Shown here: one piece after another, positions 30,562 through 39,993 of the stretch
Numbering within the stretch: the stretch's first letter is position 1
Layout: every line of letters starts with the position of its first letter
Assembly (NCBI GenBank): GCA_003559415.1
Contig: PWLI01000011.1
Location: 3,618 to 67,617, forward strand
Reading direction: 5' to 3'
Source: Clostridiales bacterium
GTDB lineage: Bacteria; Bacillota; Proteinivoracia; UBA4975; PWLI01
Length of the DNA: 64,000 bases
Position numbers and translations under genes: made by a program
Notes under the pieces: model-generated
Seen by the model: the letters and a program-made list of their open reading frames with translations, nothing else
Databases searched by the model: none
Told to the model about the DNA's origin: nothing

Positions 30562-31260
30562 GTGGCAAAAGCTTACAAAATACTTGTTGTCGAAGACGAA
30601 AAACCCATTGCCGACATTCTGGATTACAACCTGGGCAAAGAAGGCTTTGACGTCAAAGTCGCCCATACCGGAGATGAGGCAGTGGAGTTGGCCAGGGAAT
30701 TTGTTCCGGACTTGATCTTGTTGGACATCATGTTGCCCGGCATAGACGGGCTCAATGTCTGCCGACAGGTGCGCCAGCAAATGGACTGCCCGATAATTAT
30801 GCTGACGGCCAAGGATGCAGAGATTGACAAGGTGTTGGGCCTGGAGCTGGGCGCAGATGACTATGTTACCAAACCCTTTAGTTTCCGGGAGCTGTTGGCA
30901 CGGGTAAAAGCCCAGCTGCGCCGAAGCAGCCAAAACGGCCGGGAGAAACGCAGTGAAGCCCAGTCACCGGCCACCGACCTGGAAATTGACCGGGATTTTT
31001 TCACCGTCAGGCGGGGAGACAACACCATAGACCTCACTCAGCGGGAATTTGAGTTGTTGGATTTTTTGGCCAGCAACCCCGGGAAAATATTCACCCGCGA
31101 AGACCTGCTGCAAAAAGTATGGGGCTATGATTATTTTGGCGATGTTCGGACAGTCGATGTCACCATCCGCCGCCTCCGGGTGAAAATAGAAGAAAACCCC
31201 GGCAATCCTCAGTACATTTTAAGCAGGAGGGGCCTTGGCTACTACTTCAAGGGGAGCTGA
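30562..31260 (+). CDS. walR: OmpR-family response regulator, WalR/YycF-like (GTG start)
   Basis: (M)[19 protein letters not shown]..., receiver Asp in [13 protein letters not shown], and a winged-helix C-terminus ...[10 protein letters not shown].... RBS GGGGGTGG precedes the GTG at 30562. Confidence 0.85.
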   Translation: MAKAYKILVVEDEKPIADILDYNLGKEGFDVKVAHTGDEAVELAREFVPDLILLDIMLPGIDGLNVCRQVRQQMDCPIIMLTAKDAEIDKVLGLELGADDYVTKPFSFRELLARVKAQLRRSSQNGREKRSEAQSPATDLEIDRDFFTVRRGDNTIDLTQREFELLDFLASNPGKIFTREDLLQKVWGYDYFGDVRTVDVTIRRLRVKIEENPGNPQYILSRRGLGYYFKGS

Positions 31261-31265
31261 ACAGC

Positions 31266-33035
31266 ATGAAAAGCATTCAGTGGAAGCTGGTAATCGTATA
31301 CTTTTTGCTGCTGCTGTTTGCTTTGGAGCTGTTTGGCGTATACATGCTTTCTTCTATTGAGAACTATTATATGACTGACCTCGAGGAAAACATCCACGGC
31401 CAGGCCCGGCTCCTTGCCGGCCTGGCTGAACGCTATTTTCGGGACAGCCCTGACCAAGAGGGCCTGCAGCAACTGATTCGTGAGTACAGCCTGCTAATCG
31501 GCGGTGAAGTCTACCTGCTGAGCTCCACAGGTGTGGTGCTGGCATCTTCTCCCGGCGTCGAAGAGTTCATCGGCCGCCGGCTGGTTCAGCAGGAAGTTAT
31601 ATCGGCAATCCAGGGTCGTTCAGGCAACGCAACCCGGGTAGACTTTGAAACCAATCAACGCCATTACTACTATGCCGAGCCCATTGCCAGTAACGATGAA
31701 ACTGTGGGAGTGGTGTATGTATCAACACCCCTGCAGTTGATTGACAGTACATTGGATCAGCTGCGCAGAATTTTGATCACCGGTGCAGTGTTGACGCTGG
31801 CAGTGTCTGCCATCCTGGGCCTCAACCTGGCGGGGACCATTACCCGGCCGCTGCGGAAAATTACCGACCAGGCAGAAGCCATGAAAGAAGGAGACTTTAG
31901 CACAAAAATCGACATCAAGGCGGATGATGAAATAGGCCGCTTGTCTGAAACATTCAACGCCCTCAGCGACAGATTGAAAGAAAGCTGGGCCGAGCTGGTT
32001 CAGGAAAAAGACAAGGTGGAGGGCATCTTGGCCAACCTGACTGACGGCCTGATTGTCCTCAGCCACAATGATGAGGTTTTGCACATAAACAGCACCGCTT
32101 GCAGCTGGCTGGGCCTGGAACGGGGAAAAATGGAAGAGCAGGGCATGGCTGTTGACCTGCATTGGCTGACAGATGACAAGGGGTTTATACATCTGGAGAA
32201 TGGACTGATTCTCCGCCAGCGCCGGCTTCCCCTGTTGCAGGCTGGCCAGAAGCATGGCACAATCATTGTTCTTTCTGATGTGACGGAACAACAACGCCTG
32301 GATAAAATGCGTCAGGAGTTTGTGGCCAATGTGTCCCACGAGTTGCGCACCCCGCTGACATCAATCAAGTCATACCTGGAAGCGTTGATAGGAAACCCCG
32401 ATGAAGACCCTAAAATCAAGAACCGGTTTTTGTCGGTTATCAATGCGGAGACAGACCGCATGGTGCGAATGGTGGAAGATTTGCTAGTACTTTCCCGGAC
32501 TGAAGACACACAAAGCCAGGCCTTTGACCTGCAGTCTATAGAAGAGATTATCGCCACCCTGGCCAAGCAGGTTGAAGTCGATCTGAAAAACAAAAGAATA
32601 GACCTGCAGTTTAAAATGTCTTCCCACTTGCCACTGGTCCGGGGAGACAGGGATCAGCTGTACAGACTTTTTCTCAACATTGTCAACAACAGCATTAAGT
32701 TCACACCCGCCGGAGGGAGTATTACCATTTCAGCCGGCAGCAGGAAAAACTATCTGGAAATTGCCATAGCTGATACGGGAATCGGCATCCCCCAACAATC
32801 CCTGGGACGAATTTTCGAACGGTTTTACAGAGTCGAAAAAGCAAGGAGCCGGCGTGGCGGCGGCTCGGGCCTGGGGCTGGCAATTGCCAAGCAAATTGCT
32901 GAAATTCACGGTGGGAACATCAGCATTTCCAGCCAGGAAGGAAAGGGAACAGAGGTTGTGGTCACATTGCCCATCGCCGCACGGCAAAAGCTCCGCGTGG
33001 GAAGGGCTTCAAAAGGAGGGAATGCTGATGTCTAA
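31266..33035 (+). CDS. walK: Sensor histidine kinase, WalK/YycG-like (TM-sensor-TM-HAMP-PAS-HisKA-HATPase)
   Basis: 589 aa. Two TM helices flank an extracytoplasmic loop of about 150 aa, then a HAMP domain, a PAS domain, the H-box SHELRTPLTSIKSYLEAL, and the N/G1/G2 boxes. Confidence 0.85.
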   Translation: MKSIQWKLVIVYFLLLLFALELFGVYMLSSIENYYMTDLEENIHGQARLLAGLAERYFRDSPDQEGLQQLIREYSLLIGGEVYLLSSTGVVLASSPGVEEFIGRRLVQQEVISAIQGRSGNATRVDFETNQRHYYYAEPIASNDETVGVVYVSTPLQLIDSTLDQLRRILITGAVLTLAVSAILGLNLAGTITRPLRKITDQAEAMKEGDFSTKIDIKADDEIGRLSETFNALSDRLKESWAELVQEKDKVEGILANLTDGLIVLSHNDEVLHINSTACSWLGLERGKMEEQGMAVDLHWLTDDKGFIHLENGLILRQRRLPLLQAGQKHGTIIVLSDVTEQQRLDKMRQEFVANVSHELRTPLTSIKSYLEALIGNPDEDPKIKNRFLSVINAETDRMVRMVEDLLVLSRTEDTQSQAFDLQSIEEIIATLAKQVEVDLKNKRIDLQFKMSSHLPLVRGDRDQLYRLFLNIVNNSIKFTPAGGSITISAGSRKNYLEIAIADTGIGIPQQSLGRIFERFYRVEKARSRRGGGSGLGLAIAKQIAEIHGGNISISSQEGKGTEVVVTLPIAARQKLRVGRASKGGNADV

Positions 33036-34383
33036 GGCTAAAACCATATTTTTGGTGCTGCTGGTGGCGACCAGTGTTGTCCTTTCGGTAACATTGATGA
33101 TTGGCCAGGTATTCCCCGGGGGAGTGCCCGAGCATCAACCGGTCTATTTTAGCCCCCGGCCGGACATCGGTGAGCTCAGCATCCCGTCGCGAATACAAGT
33201 TGTCGGCCTGGAGGGCCAGATAAACCAGATTCAAACCTTTTCAGAAACCTATACCACATTGGTTATCAGCTTAAGCCAATTGGACTACGGCGCTGTCGAT
33301 GAAGGTGAAGTTTGGAGCCTTGCCGAGCAACTGCCATCTCCCTATGCCCCCGGCGTGCTGTTTCGTTTTGACTATCCTCTGACAAGGGGGTTGTTGGCGG
33401 GACTTCTGTCTAACTTTCACACCGCCGACTTTCCCTTTGATACAGTTGACATGATTTTTGTGCCCTACGGAGTTTCGCAGGATACCGATCAGCAAGACAC
33501 TGACCAGCAACAATTTGGCCAGGTGTTTTTCATAAACGAAGAAGAACAAGAGGCATGGGTGTTGACAGGCAACCTTACCCGGACGCTGTACCAGAATATA
33601 GTTACATCCCCTGCTGAAGTTTTGGACATTGAGTTTACTGTGCTGCAACCTGGCGCCACCTACGATGTGGCTCCCCGGGTTTTTGATGCGGCAACGACTT
33701 ATACCATTCAGATTCCGCCCTTCCAGCGGGAAGATATCGACAGAAGCGCCCTGGTTCGCGCATTCAACCTGGACTCTTCAATCACCCGCCTGATACAGGA
33801 AATGGATGGCGCGGAATTGTTCACTGACGGGCTGCAGGCATTGCGGATCTTTCCCTCGGGGGAGTTGGAATACACAGTTGCCAAGCGTCAGCACGAAGGG
33901 TTGATCCCCGCCCAGCGGGATGCAATAGACGCCTCCCTGGACTTTGTGACCAAGCATGGTGGCTGGCCGGGGGACATTCTGTTAAGCCAAGTCAGCCCAC
34001 TGCCGGGTGGACAGACAAAGTTGCACTTTACTACGGTAGGAATGGGTCTGCCCCTGTATGGCACCCATACCGGCATAAACATTACCATGGACGGCCTGTC
34101 GGTAAGTTATTATGGCCGCAATCTGTTTTTTGTGGAAAGAGATGAGTACCAGGACACATATGAGGTGCGCCCGTTTTCGGTGTTGCTGGAAGATGCGTCG
34201 ACAGCGGTTTCCCAAAGAATAAGCGCCCTGGATGAGACAATTCAGGACCTCAGCCTGGGATTTTATTGGCGTCATCAAACACTCCATGTTGTGTGGCGCG
34301 TAAGTCTTGAAAACGGTTTTTTGTTGGTATCTGCCCGGGACGGAAGCATCCTGGAAGAGGATTGGCCGGGGGGTGTCAGGTAA
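33028..34383 (+). CDS. yycH: YycH-like WalK regulatory protein (N-terminal TM, extracytoplasmic)
   Basis: MSKAKTIFLVLLVATSVVLSV... The start overlaps the walK stop. Size, topology and operon position match yycH. Confidence 0.6.
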   Translation: MSKAKTIFLVLLVATSVVLSVTLMIGQVFPGGVPEHQPVYFSPRPDIGELSIPSRIQVVGLEGQINQIQTFSETYTTLVISLSQLDYGAVDEGEVWSLAEQLPSPYAPGVLFRFDYPLTRGLLAGLLSNFHTADFPFDTVDMIFVPYGVSQDTDQQDTDQQQFGQVFFINEEEQEAWVLTGNLTRTLYQNIVTSPAEVLDIEFTVLQPGATYDVAPRVFDAATTYTIQIPPFQREDIDRSALVRAFNLDSSITRLIQEMDGAELFTDGLQALRIFPSGELEYTVAKRQHEGLIPAQRDAIDASLDFVTKHGGWPGDILLSQVSPLPGGQTKLHFTTVGMGLPLYGTHTGINITMDGLSVSYYGRNLFFVERDEYQDTYEVRPFSVLLEDASTAVSQRISALDETIQDLSLGFYWRHQTLHVVWRVSLENGFLLVSARDGSILEEDWPGGVR

Positions 34384-35256
34384 ATGGAATGGGAAAAGAC
34401 CAAGACCATACTGATAATATCCTTTTTGGTGCTTAATCTCTTCTTTGTGTTCCAACTCTGGCTTGTTCCCTCTTTTCTGTCGGCCTCTCTCTACACCAGC
34501 AGGGAAGAAGTGCAGGAGACGGTCAGGCAGCTGGAAGTCAGGGGAATAACTGTGGACAAGGAAGTCCCCCGACAGCTCCACCGCCTGTCCATGATCCAAT
34601 TTAAGCTTCCGGAACTGGATGCCCAGCATGTTGCAGAGCAAATTCTCGGGCCCGACGCTGTCCATGTGTCAACGGTCATCAATCCATCACCAGGCCATAA
34701 GCTGTTCAGAGCCGGGCTTGAAGAAGTTACAATATATAACGATGGAAGGGTTTTTTACCAAAACAGGGATATAAAGGTGCAGCCGGGAGGCAGCGAGCAA
34801 TCGGCCCGGGAAACGGCAGAGGCGTTTGTGAGCAACACTCTGGGCATGCCCAGGGGCGCTCGGTTGTCAACGGTGGTTCGTCACCAGGGAGCCTGGTGGG
34901 TGGAGTTTCGCCCTGTGTGGCGCAACCGTGTTGTTCACACATCTTACATGGTTTTTCAGGTGTCCGGCGACAAGGTAATGAGCATGGAAATGTACTGGCT
35001 GGGCTCGGGAGACACAAGTGGCCGCAGAATTCTTTCAATCCCCGCCACCGGCGCCATGTTGGTGGCAGCTGACAACTTGAGTCCGGGTGAGGAAATAACA
35101 GACATTTATATCTCCTGGTACAGCGCGCCAATGATGGCAGAGACTTGGCGGGTTCCGCCAGTGTGGGTGATTGAAACAGCAGCCGGCGAAAGGTACTATA
35201 TCAATGCTTTCACGGGGGAGCTGGAGGCGGTGCAGGAATTCCCTCCCTCACGTTGA
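34384..35256 (+). CDS. yycI: YycI-like WalK regulatory protein
   Basis: MEWEKTKTILIISFLVLNLFFVF is a single N-terminal TM helix, 290 aa, immediately after yycH. Confidence 0.6.
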   Translation: MEWEKTKTILIISFLVLNLFFVFQLWLVPSFLSASLYTSREEVQETVRQLEVRGITVDKEVPRQLHRLSMIQFKLPELDAQHVAEQILGPDAVHVSTVINPSPGHKLFRAGLEEVTIYNDGRVFYQNRDIKVQPGGSEQSARETAEAFVSNTLGMPRGARLSTVVRHQGAWWVEFRPVWRNRVVHTSYMVFQVSGDKVMSMEMYWLGSGDTSGRRILSIPATGAMLVAADNLSPGEEITDIYISWYSAPMMAETWRVPPVWVIETAAGERYYINAFTGELEAVQEFPPSR

Positions 35257-35289
35257 ATACTACTAGGTCAGACTGAATCGGGGGTAACC

Positions 35290-36540
35290 ATGGAAAAATA
35301 CATTGTAAACGGCAATCATAAGCTGACAGGAGAAGCCAACATTCATGGAGCAAAAAACGCGGCAGTGGCCATTATACCCGCCACGTTGCTGGCCCAGGGG
35401 CCCTGCGTGCTGGAAAATGTTCCCCCTGTCACCGATGTGGGGGTTTTGTGCGATATCCTCAACATACTGGGGGCCAAGGTGTCCTGGAGGGACAAGTTCA
35501 CCTTGGAGCTGGACACAGCCAACCTGAACAAGGCGGTGGTGCCGGCAGATTTAACAAACAAGCTGCGGGCATCTTATTATCTTATGGGAGCAATGCTGGG
35601 AAGGTTTGGGCAGGCAACGGTGGGGTTGCCCGGCGGATGTAAAATAGGCCCCCGCCCCATTGATCAACACCTCAAGGGGTTTCATGCCCTGGGTTGTGAA
35701 ACCGAGATAAAGAGCGGGGACGTGGTGATGACAAGCCCCGGGCTGACGGGAGGCCATGTGTACTTTGATGTTGTGTCTGTGGGGGCAACAGTAAATGTTA
35801 TGTTGGCTGCTGCAGGGGCCGAAGGCACAACCGTTATAGAAAATGCCGCCCGGGAGCCGGAAATAATTGATCTGGCCAACTTCCTGAACCAGATTGGTGT
35901 GGGCGTCAAGGGCGCCGGTACTGGCACCATAAGGATTTCCGGGGCGAAGGAGCGGGACAACGCGGTCCATTCAATAATCCCCGACCGCATCGAAGCGGGA
36001 ACATTTATGATCGCCGCCGCTGCCACAGGCGGTGATATACGGGTAAAGGGTGTCATCCCCCGTCACTTGGAGCCTGTTACTGCAAAGCTGAGGGAAACGG
36101 GCAGCCAGGTAACAGAAGGAGACGACTGGATTCAGGTGCAGGGAGCGGAACGCGGTTGCGCCGTAGACCTGAAAACCCTTCCTTACCCCGGGTTCCCCAC
36201 CGATTTGCAACAGCCAATGTCTTCCTACCTGGCCCGCTGCACCGGCACCAGCGTCGTGACAGAAAATATATTTGAAAACCGGTTTCGCTATGTCGAAGAG
36301 CTAAAAAGAATGGGCGCCAACATCAAGGTGGAAGGCCGGGTGGCAATCATCGAAGGAGTGGATGAGTTGGAGGGTTCGGTTATTACCGCCCATGACTTGC
36401 GGGCCAGCTCTGCCCTTGTCATTGCAGCTTTGTCAGCATCGGGCCAATCGGAAATACGGGGGATTGAGTTTCTCAACCGCGGGTACTATGATTTTGCAGG
36501 CAAGCTGGAAAGATTGGGTGCCCGGATTAAAAAAGACTGA
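35290..36540 (+). CDS. murA: UDP-N-acetylglucosamine 1-carboxyvinyltransferase
   Basis: 416 aa. ...KNAAVAIIPATLLAQGPCVLENVP..., active-site Cys in LPGGCKIGPRPIDQH. Confidence 0.95.
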   Translation: MEKYIVNGNHKLTGEANIHGAKNAAVAIIPATLLAQGPCVLENVPPVTDVGVLCDILNILGAKVSWRDKFTLELDTANLNKAVVPADLTNKLRASYYLMGAMLGRFGQATVGLPGGCKIGPRPIDQHLKGFHALGCETEIKSGDVVMTSPGLTGGHVYFDVVSVGATVNVMLAAAGAEGTTVIENAAREPEIIDLANFLNQIGVGVKGAGTGTIRISGAKERDNAVHSIIPDRIEAGTFMIAAAATGGDIRVKGVIPRHLEPVTAKLRETGSQVTEGDDWIQVQGAERGCAVDLKTLPYPGFPTDLQQPMSSYLARCTGTSVVTENIFENRFRYVEELKRMGANIKVEGRVAIIEGVDELEGSVITAHDLRASSALVIAALSASGQSEIRGIEFLNRGYYDFAGKLERLGARIKKD

Positions 36541-36583
36541 CCAAGCGGGGGCAAGCCCCCGCTTTCCCATGGAGGATAATGAC

Positions 36584-37363
36584 ATGAAACTTTTTTCTTT
36601 GGCCAGCGGCAGCAGCGGCAATGCCTACCTGGTATATTATGGCGGCACGGCTGTCTTGCTGGATGCTGGTTTGAGCGGCAAAAGAATTATCATGGCCATG
36701 GAATCGCTGGGCCCCTTCAGGCAATGCCTGCAGGGTATTTTCGTCAGCCATGAGCACGTGGACCACTCCCGGGGGGCGGGTGTGCTCAGCCGTATGCTCA
36801 ATTTGCCACTGTACATGACCCGGGGAACGTGGCAGGGATGCAGGCAAAAAATTGGCGCCATTGCCCCGGAGAATGTCAGGCTTATCAAGGCGGGGTCGGT
36901 GTTTAACATGGGCAGCCTGGAGCTTACCGCCTTTCCGCTTTTGCATGACGGGAGGGAACCGGTAAATGTTGTGGTGGACAGTGGCCGGGCCCGCCTGGCG
37001 GTGTTGACGGATACAGGGGTTGTCAACGGGGAAACAGTGGATATGTTGGCCACCTGCGATGGATTGGTGCTGGAAGCCAACCATGACCCGGACATGCTGG
37101 CCAAAGGCCCTTACCCGCATTTTCTCAAGCGGAGAATTCGCAGCGAAGTTGGGCACCTTTCCAACCAGCAGGCTGCTGAAGTTGCGCGGTTGCTGTTTAA
37201 CAGGGGCCGCTTGAAACAGCTTCAGCTGGGTCATCTCAGCGAGGTAAACAACACACCGGAGTTGGCGGCCCAGGCGGTTTTTGCCGGCCTGGGAGAAACA
37301 TTGCCCAAGGCCAAACTGGATGTGCTTCCCCGCCATGTGCCCGGGCCATTGTTGCAGCTATAG
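36584..37363 (+). CDS. yycJ: MBL-fold metallo-hydrolase YycJ/WalJ
   Basis: MKLFSLASGSSGNAYLV...HEHVDHSRG. RBS GGAGGA precedes the ATG at 36584. The ORF-track start at 36362 overlaps murA. Confidence 0.8.
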   Translation: MKLFSLASGSSGNAYLVYYGGTAVLLDAGLSGKRIIMAMESLGPFRQCLQGIFVSHEHVDHSRGAGVLSRMLNLPLYMTRGTWQGCRQKIGAIAPENVRLIKAGSVFNMGSLELTAFPLLHDGREPVNVVVDSGRARLAVLTDTGVVNGETVDMLATCDGLVLEANHDPDMLAKGPYPHFLKRRIRSEVGHLSNQQAAEVARLLFNRGRLKQLQLGHLSEVNNTPELAAQAVFAGLGETLPKAKLDVLPRHVPGPLLQL

Positions 37364-37403
37364 ATGCAGTTTTGATAGAATCGGTAATGAGGGGGGTTGA
37401 GCC

Positions 37404-38513
37404 ATGGAAGGGCCGGAAAATCATGAGCCTGAAAACAATCTGAAACAGATTTTTTCCATGGTCGCTGCTGGCTGTATAGGCGGACTTGTAGTGTTGGCTT
37501 TGTTGCCGCTGATTCTCCACGTGGTTTTGCCTGATATTGTTGCCCGGGAATACCAGAGCCCGATTGTTCTGCAGGCTCCCCAGCATCAGCAAACGGCAAT
37601 CATTAACGCAGTGGACAAGGTTTCTCCCGCCGTTGTGGGCGTCACCAGGTATACCCCTTCACCCTTCCGCCCGGAAGAGGAGCTTGTGCAATCGGCGGTG
37701 GGAAGCGGGCTGATTTTCCGGACAGAGGGTTATATCGTCACCAATTACCACGTCATAGAGGGTGCCACAGAAGTGGTGATTACCCTGCCCCGGGGTGAAG
37801 AGTATGTGGCGGAGATAATAGGTGTTGACCCGGGGACAGATTTGGCGGTGCTTAAAATTAATGCTGGCTACAACCTGCCGGCGGCTGTTTTTGGCGACTC
37901 AGATGCAGTGCTGGTTGGGGAGTACGTTTTGGCCATTGGCAACCCCAGCGGCTTGCAATTGCAACAGTCTGTTACCCTGGGCATTATCAGCGCCAAAGAC
38001 CGCAGCCTGGAAGTCTATGACTGGGTGTTTGGATTGCTGCAAACCGATGCTGCAGTTAACCCGGGCAACAGCGGCGGGCCGCTGGTAAACACCCAGGGCC
38101 AGGTAATTGGCATCAACAGCGCCAAGTTGTTCAACGCAGAGGGCCTTGGCTTTAGCCTGCCCAGCAACCTGGTTGTGGACATTATAGATGCTTTGTTGGA
38201 GCAGGGCAGGGTGGTCAGGCCCATGCTGGGTGTTGTGATTCAGGAGGTTACGCCCTCTTTGGCCCGGGCCTATGACTTGCCGGTGGAAAAGGGCTTGCGT
38301 GTAATTGAAGCTCCGGTAGATGCCCCGGCCTATCAGGCCGGCATCCGGGCTGATGATATAATCATCGCAGTTGATGGCCACGACATTGCCACGTTACGGG
38401 ATTTGCGCAGAATTCTCAGCCGCAAGCGAGTTGGCGATGAGGTGGAAGTGGTTTTTGTCCGGGACGATGACACGAGAAATGTAACGCTGGTGTTGGCAGA
38501 TCTTACCAACTAG
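37404..38513 (+). CDS. htrA: HtrA/DegP-family serine protease (YycK-like) with TM anchor and PDZ domain
   Basis: Catalytic triad contexts ...TNYHVIEGA..., ...DLAVLKI..., GNSGGPLVN, and a C-terminal PDZ (...GLRVIEAPVDAPAYQAGIRADDIIIAVDG...). Confidence 0.85.
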   Translation: MEGPENHEPENNLKQIFSMVAAGCIGGLVVLALLPLILHVVLPDIVAREYQSPIVLQAPQHQQTAIINAVDKVSPAVVGVTRYTPSPFRPEEELVQSAVGSGLIFRTEGYIVTNYHVIEGATEVVITLPRGEEYVAEIIGVDPGTDLAVLKINAGYNLPAAVFGDSDAVLVGEYVLAIGNPSGLQLQQSVTLGIISAKDRSLEVYDWVFGLLQTDAAVNPGNSGGPLVNTQGQVIGINSAKLFNAEGLGFSLPSNLVVDIIDALLEQGRVVRPMLGVVIQEVTPSLARAYDLPVEKGLRVIEAPVDAPAYQAGIRADDIIIAVDGHDIATLRDLRRILSRKRVGDEVEVVFVRDDDTRNVTLVLADLTN

Positions 38514-38525
38514 GGGAGGGGCGCA

Positions 38526-38693
38526 ATGTACGTAGTCTGTGAAAGGCATCTGGAAAAAGCCATTGATGAATTTGTGGAAACATATGAGATGCCCCCCGAC
38601 ATCTACCTTTTGGACCAGGTGTCTTTTACCAGTTGGGCTGCCCCTGCCGAATGTGATTTTTGCACAACCCATCCGGTCTACCTGGTGGTCTAG
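38526..38693 (+). CDS. CxxH/CxxC small protein (BA_5709-like family)
   Basis: MYVVCERHLEKAIDEFVETYEMPPDIYLLDQVSFTSWAAPAECDFCTTHPVYLVV, 55 aa, not in the ORF track. CERH and CDFC motifs, RBS AGGGGAGGGG. It ends 1 nt before rlmH. Confidence 0.55.
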   Translation: MYVVCERHLEKAIDEFVETYEMPPDIYLLDQVSFTSWAAPAECDFCTTHPVYLVV

Positions 38694-39170
38694 ATGAAGA
38701 TCAACCTGTTGACGGTTGGCAAGCTCAAAGAGCCGTGGCTGAAACAGGGGGTGGAGCACTACAGCAGGCGCCTCAAACGTTGGGCCCGGGTTTCTGTCAC
38801 AGAGGTTGCGGAGCAGCCGCTGGGGGACAAGGATGTCGGGGCCCGGAGCAAGACGGTGGCCCGGGAAAGCTCCCTGGTTTTAGAGCGAATTGTGCCGGGA
38901 ACCTGCCTGATCGTTTTGGACATCTGTGGCCGGAAGATGAACTCAGAGCAGCTGGCAGGGTTTATCCAGGAGAAAAAAGTCAGCGGCTTCAGCGACTTTA
39001 CGTTTGTTATCGGCGGTTCAATGGGGCTTAACGATGAAGTCAGGGCAAAGGCAGACTTATTGCTGAGCTTTTCAGGTTTGACCTTCCCCCATCAACTTAT
39101 GCGAGTAATGCTGTTGGAACAAATATATCGTGCGCATAAAATACTGGCAGGAGAGACATATCACAAGTAA
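38694..39170 (+). CDS. rlmH: 23S rRNA (pseudouridine1915-N3)-methyltransferase RlmH
   Basis: MKINLLTVGKLKEPWLKQGVEHYSRRL... SPOUT fold, 158 aa. Confidence 0.9.
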   Translation: MKINLLTVGKLKEPWLKQGVEHYSRRLKRWARVSVTEVAEQPLGDKDVGARSKTVARESSLVLERIVPGTCLIVLDICGRKMNSEQLAGFIQEKKVSGFSDFTFVIGGSMGLNDEVRAKADLLLSFSGLTFPHQLMRVMLLEQIYRAHKILAGETYHK

Positions 39171-39192
39171 TCCCGCCGAGGGAGGAAATGCG

Positions 39193-39936
39193 GTGAAGGA
39201 CTACTACAAAGTGCTTGGAGTTGCTCCAGGCGCGCCCACAGAGGTGGTGAAGGCCGCCTACCGCGCTTTGATGAAAATTCATCACCCTGATGTGGGTGGC
39301 GACCCGCAGCGGGCCAAGGAAATAGAAGAAGCATTCCGTCACCTCAGTGCCCAGCCCCAGCCAAGACGGGAGACTGACAGGCAAGACACTGTCGAGCCTC
39401 CCGCCCCTGTCAGAAGGCGTTCCGACGGCATAGTGGTAGCGGGCAAGTACATCGAAATTGCGGTGTTTGAGCTGTTTGGCAACAGGGTGCTCAGCTGCCC
39501 GCGGGAGTGCACCTTTTACCGTCGAAAGTGTCGGTTTAAGCAAGTTCTGTCGGTGGAAAGTGATGACTTGTTGACCTTCAAGGCAACTACCCTGGACATT
39601 CAAGTGCGCAACCTGACCGACAACCCCCAGACTGTGGACTTTCGCCATGGCCGGGGGGTGCTGGTGGATCAGAATGGCGAGTTCTACCAGTGCCATCAAG
39701 TCTGTGCCTACCAACACCCGGCCAAATACAAAGAAGCAGTTGTAGAGCTTTTTGCAGGAACCCAGGCAAATATAATGCTTTGGTTTCAGCAACAGCCACC
39801 AGGCAGGTATGCAAGCCGCCTGGTCTACAAGCACAGGGCACTTGTGTCAGGAATGAGGGGAGATTACTGGGACCAGGAAATACTGGACGTCAACCTGACG
39901 GGCAAGGGTAAACTTTACCTCAGGGGGAAAAAGTAG
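39193..39936 (+). CDS. J-domain (DnaJ-like) protein with uncharacterised Cys-rich C-terminal domain (GTG start)
   Basis: DYYKVLGVAPGAPTEVVKAAYRALMKIHHPDVGGD is a canonical J domain with HPD. A Pro-rich linker follows, then a 170-aa region with CPRECTFYRRKC and YQCHQVC motifs and no recognisable family. Confidence 0.7.
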   Translation: MKDYYKVLGVAPGAPTEVVKAAYRALMKIHHPDVGGDPQRAKEIEEAFRHLSAQPQPRRETDRQDTVEPPAPVRRRSDGIVVAGKYIEIAVFELFGNRVLSCPRECTFYRRKCRFKQVLSVESDDLLTFKATTLDIQVRNLTDNPQTVDFRHGRGVLVDQNGEFYQCHQVCAYQHPAKYKEAVVELFAGTQANIMLWFQQQPPGRYASRLVYKHRALVSGMRGDYWDQEILDVNLTGKGKLYLRGKK

Positions 39937-39956
39937 CAGCAGACTGCTGCTTTTTC
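39935..39956 (+). terminator. Rho-independent terminator after the J-domain gene
   Basis: GCAGCA-gac-TGCTGC then TTTTTCAG. Confidence 0.5.
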
Positions 39957-39993
39957 AGTTTGAGCCAGCAAGCCGGATACGGAGAGATGAACT

